Below are positions 62,978 through 64,000 of a DNA stretch of 64,000 nucleotides, in pieces; positions within the stretch are counted from its first letter, which is position 1; each line of letters begins with the position of its first letter. The DNA comes from Eledone cirrhosa (Eukaryota): the NCBI GenBank assembly GCA_964016885.1, contig OZ024765.1, positions 744,001 to 808,000 of the forward strand, in the 5' to 3' direction. The notes under the pieces were generated by a model. It saw only the letters and a list, made by a program, of their open reading frames with translations. It was not told where the DNA came from and did no database searches. Position numbers and translations under genes: made by a program.

Positions 62978-63141
62978 GTAGGAGGTGAGTTTTATTGTAG
63001 TACAATAAAGCAATGCAGATATCGGATAAGAAGCACTCTACAGTTTGTGGGACTGGAGTATGCATAATATAAGATCAAAAGATGGTTAAAGGAGTTCCAT
63101 ATATATGGAACTCCTTTAACCATCTTTTGATCTTATATTAT
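62975..63141 (-). mobile_element. Fold-back insertion (78-bp perfect palindrome plus ~90-bp tail), family P5
   Basis: ATAATATAAGATCAAAAGATGGTTAAAGGAGTTCCATAT|ATATGGAACTCCTTTAACCATCTTTTGATCTTATATTAT (63064-63141); (TA)n flanks. Confidence 0.65.
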
Positions 63142-63277
63142 ATATATATATATATATTTCTATCTTTCTTCCTTTTCTCTCAATCTACATATATATATAC
63201 ATATATATATAACTTTCTATAACTATGTATATTTCTCTATCTATTTATCCATCTCTCCCTCTATCTATCTATCTATC

Positions 63278-63320
63278 TGTCTTGTCCCCTTCTTTTGTGC
63301 CCCTGTGGCTAATAAAGAAA
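63278..63320 (+). mobile_element. 43-bp 3' tip of the Tx1/L1-like LINE
   Basis: TTGTCCCCTTCTTTTGTGCCCCTGTGGCTAATAAAGAAA directly after (CTAT)4. Confidence 0.75.
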
Positions 63321-63369
63321 TATATCCGTCTATCTCTCTTTCTTTCTATTTTTCTCCCTCTTTCTCTCA

Positions 63370-63524
<155 letters not shown>

Positions 63525-63908
63525 CATATATATAACTTTCTATAAATATGTATATTTCTCTATCTATTTATCCATCTCTCTATCTAGCTATCTATCTATT
63601 CATCTATCTGTCTATCCATCAGTCTCTCTCTCTATATATATATATATATCTTTCGCACTAGCTATCTATCTTTCTCTCTCTCCCTCTCTTCCCTCTACAC
63701 ATTTATATATCTTTCTCTCTCACATTTCTCTCTCTCTCTCACTCACCATATATATATATATCTTCTCTCTATGTGTCTATATTACTCTATCTAACTATTT
63801 TTCTCTCTCTCCCCCACTCTCTCTTTCTCTCTCTCCCCCACTCTCTCTTTCTCTCTCTCTCCCCCACTCTCTCTTTCTCTCTCTCTCCCCCACTCACTCT
63901 CTTTCTCT

Positions 63909-63955
<47 letters not shown>

Positions 63956-63960
63956 TATAT

Positions 63961-64000
63961 ATAAACTTTTATACACTGCTATGTATTGAGTACCTTACTT
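63961..64000 (+). mobile_element. Family P3 tail, running off the window end
   Basis: AAACTTTTATACACTGCTATGTATTGAGTACCTTACTT matches 18295-18332. Confidence 0.7.

Overview
Eukaryotic, extremely AT- and microsatellite-rich non-coding DNA. The SINE families and (TA)n-derived arrays suggest an octopod cephalopod (inference from recalled repeat families). I recognise no intact host protein-coding gene; almost all listed ORFs are translated microsatellites. Supported content: about 9 copies of one SINE plus 2 of a tRNA-derived SINE; a decayed Tx1/L1-like LINE (gag-knuckle ORF1, ORF2 nearly all deleted) whose short copies sit in (TATC)n or (ATT)n; RTE-clade LINE fragments and a 3-copy RTE-derived element with a C2H2 remnant; tiny Tc1/mariner-type MITEs. 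Seven fold-back (palindrome plus tail) insertions lie in (TA)n, several carrying complete or half hammerhead ribozymes typical of Penelope-like elements. The unique islands between repeats are unusually rich in the YY1/Pho motif CGCCATNTT and contain RFX X-boxes and two candidate recursive splice sites. This fits a large intron or regulatory domain.
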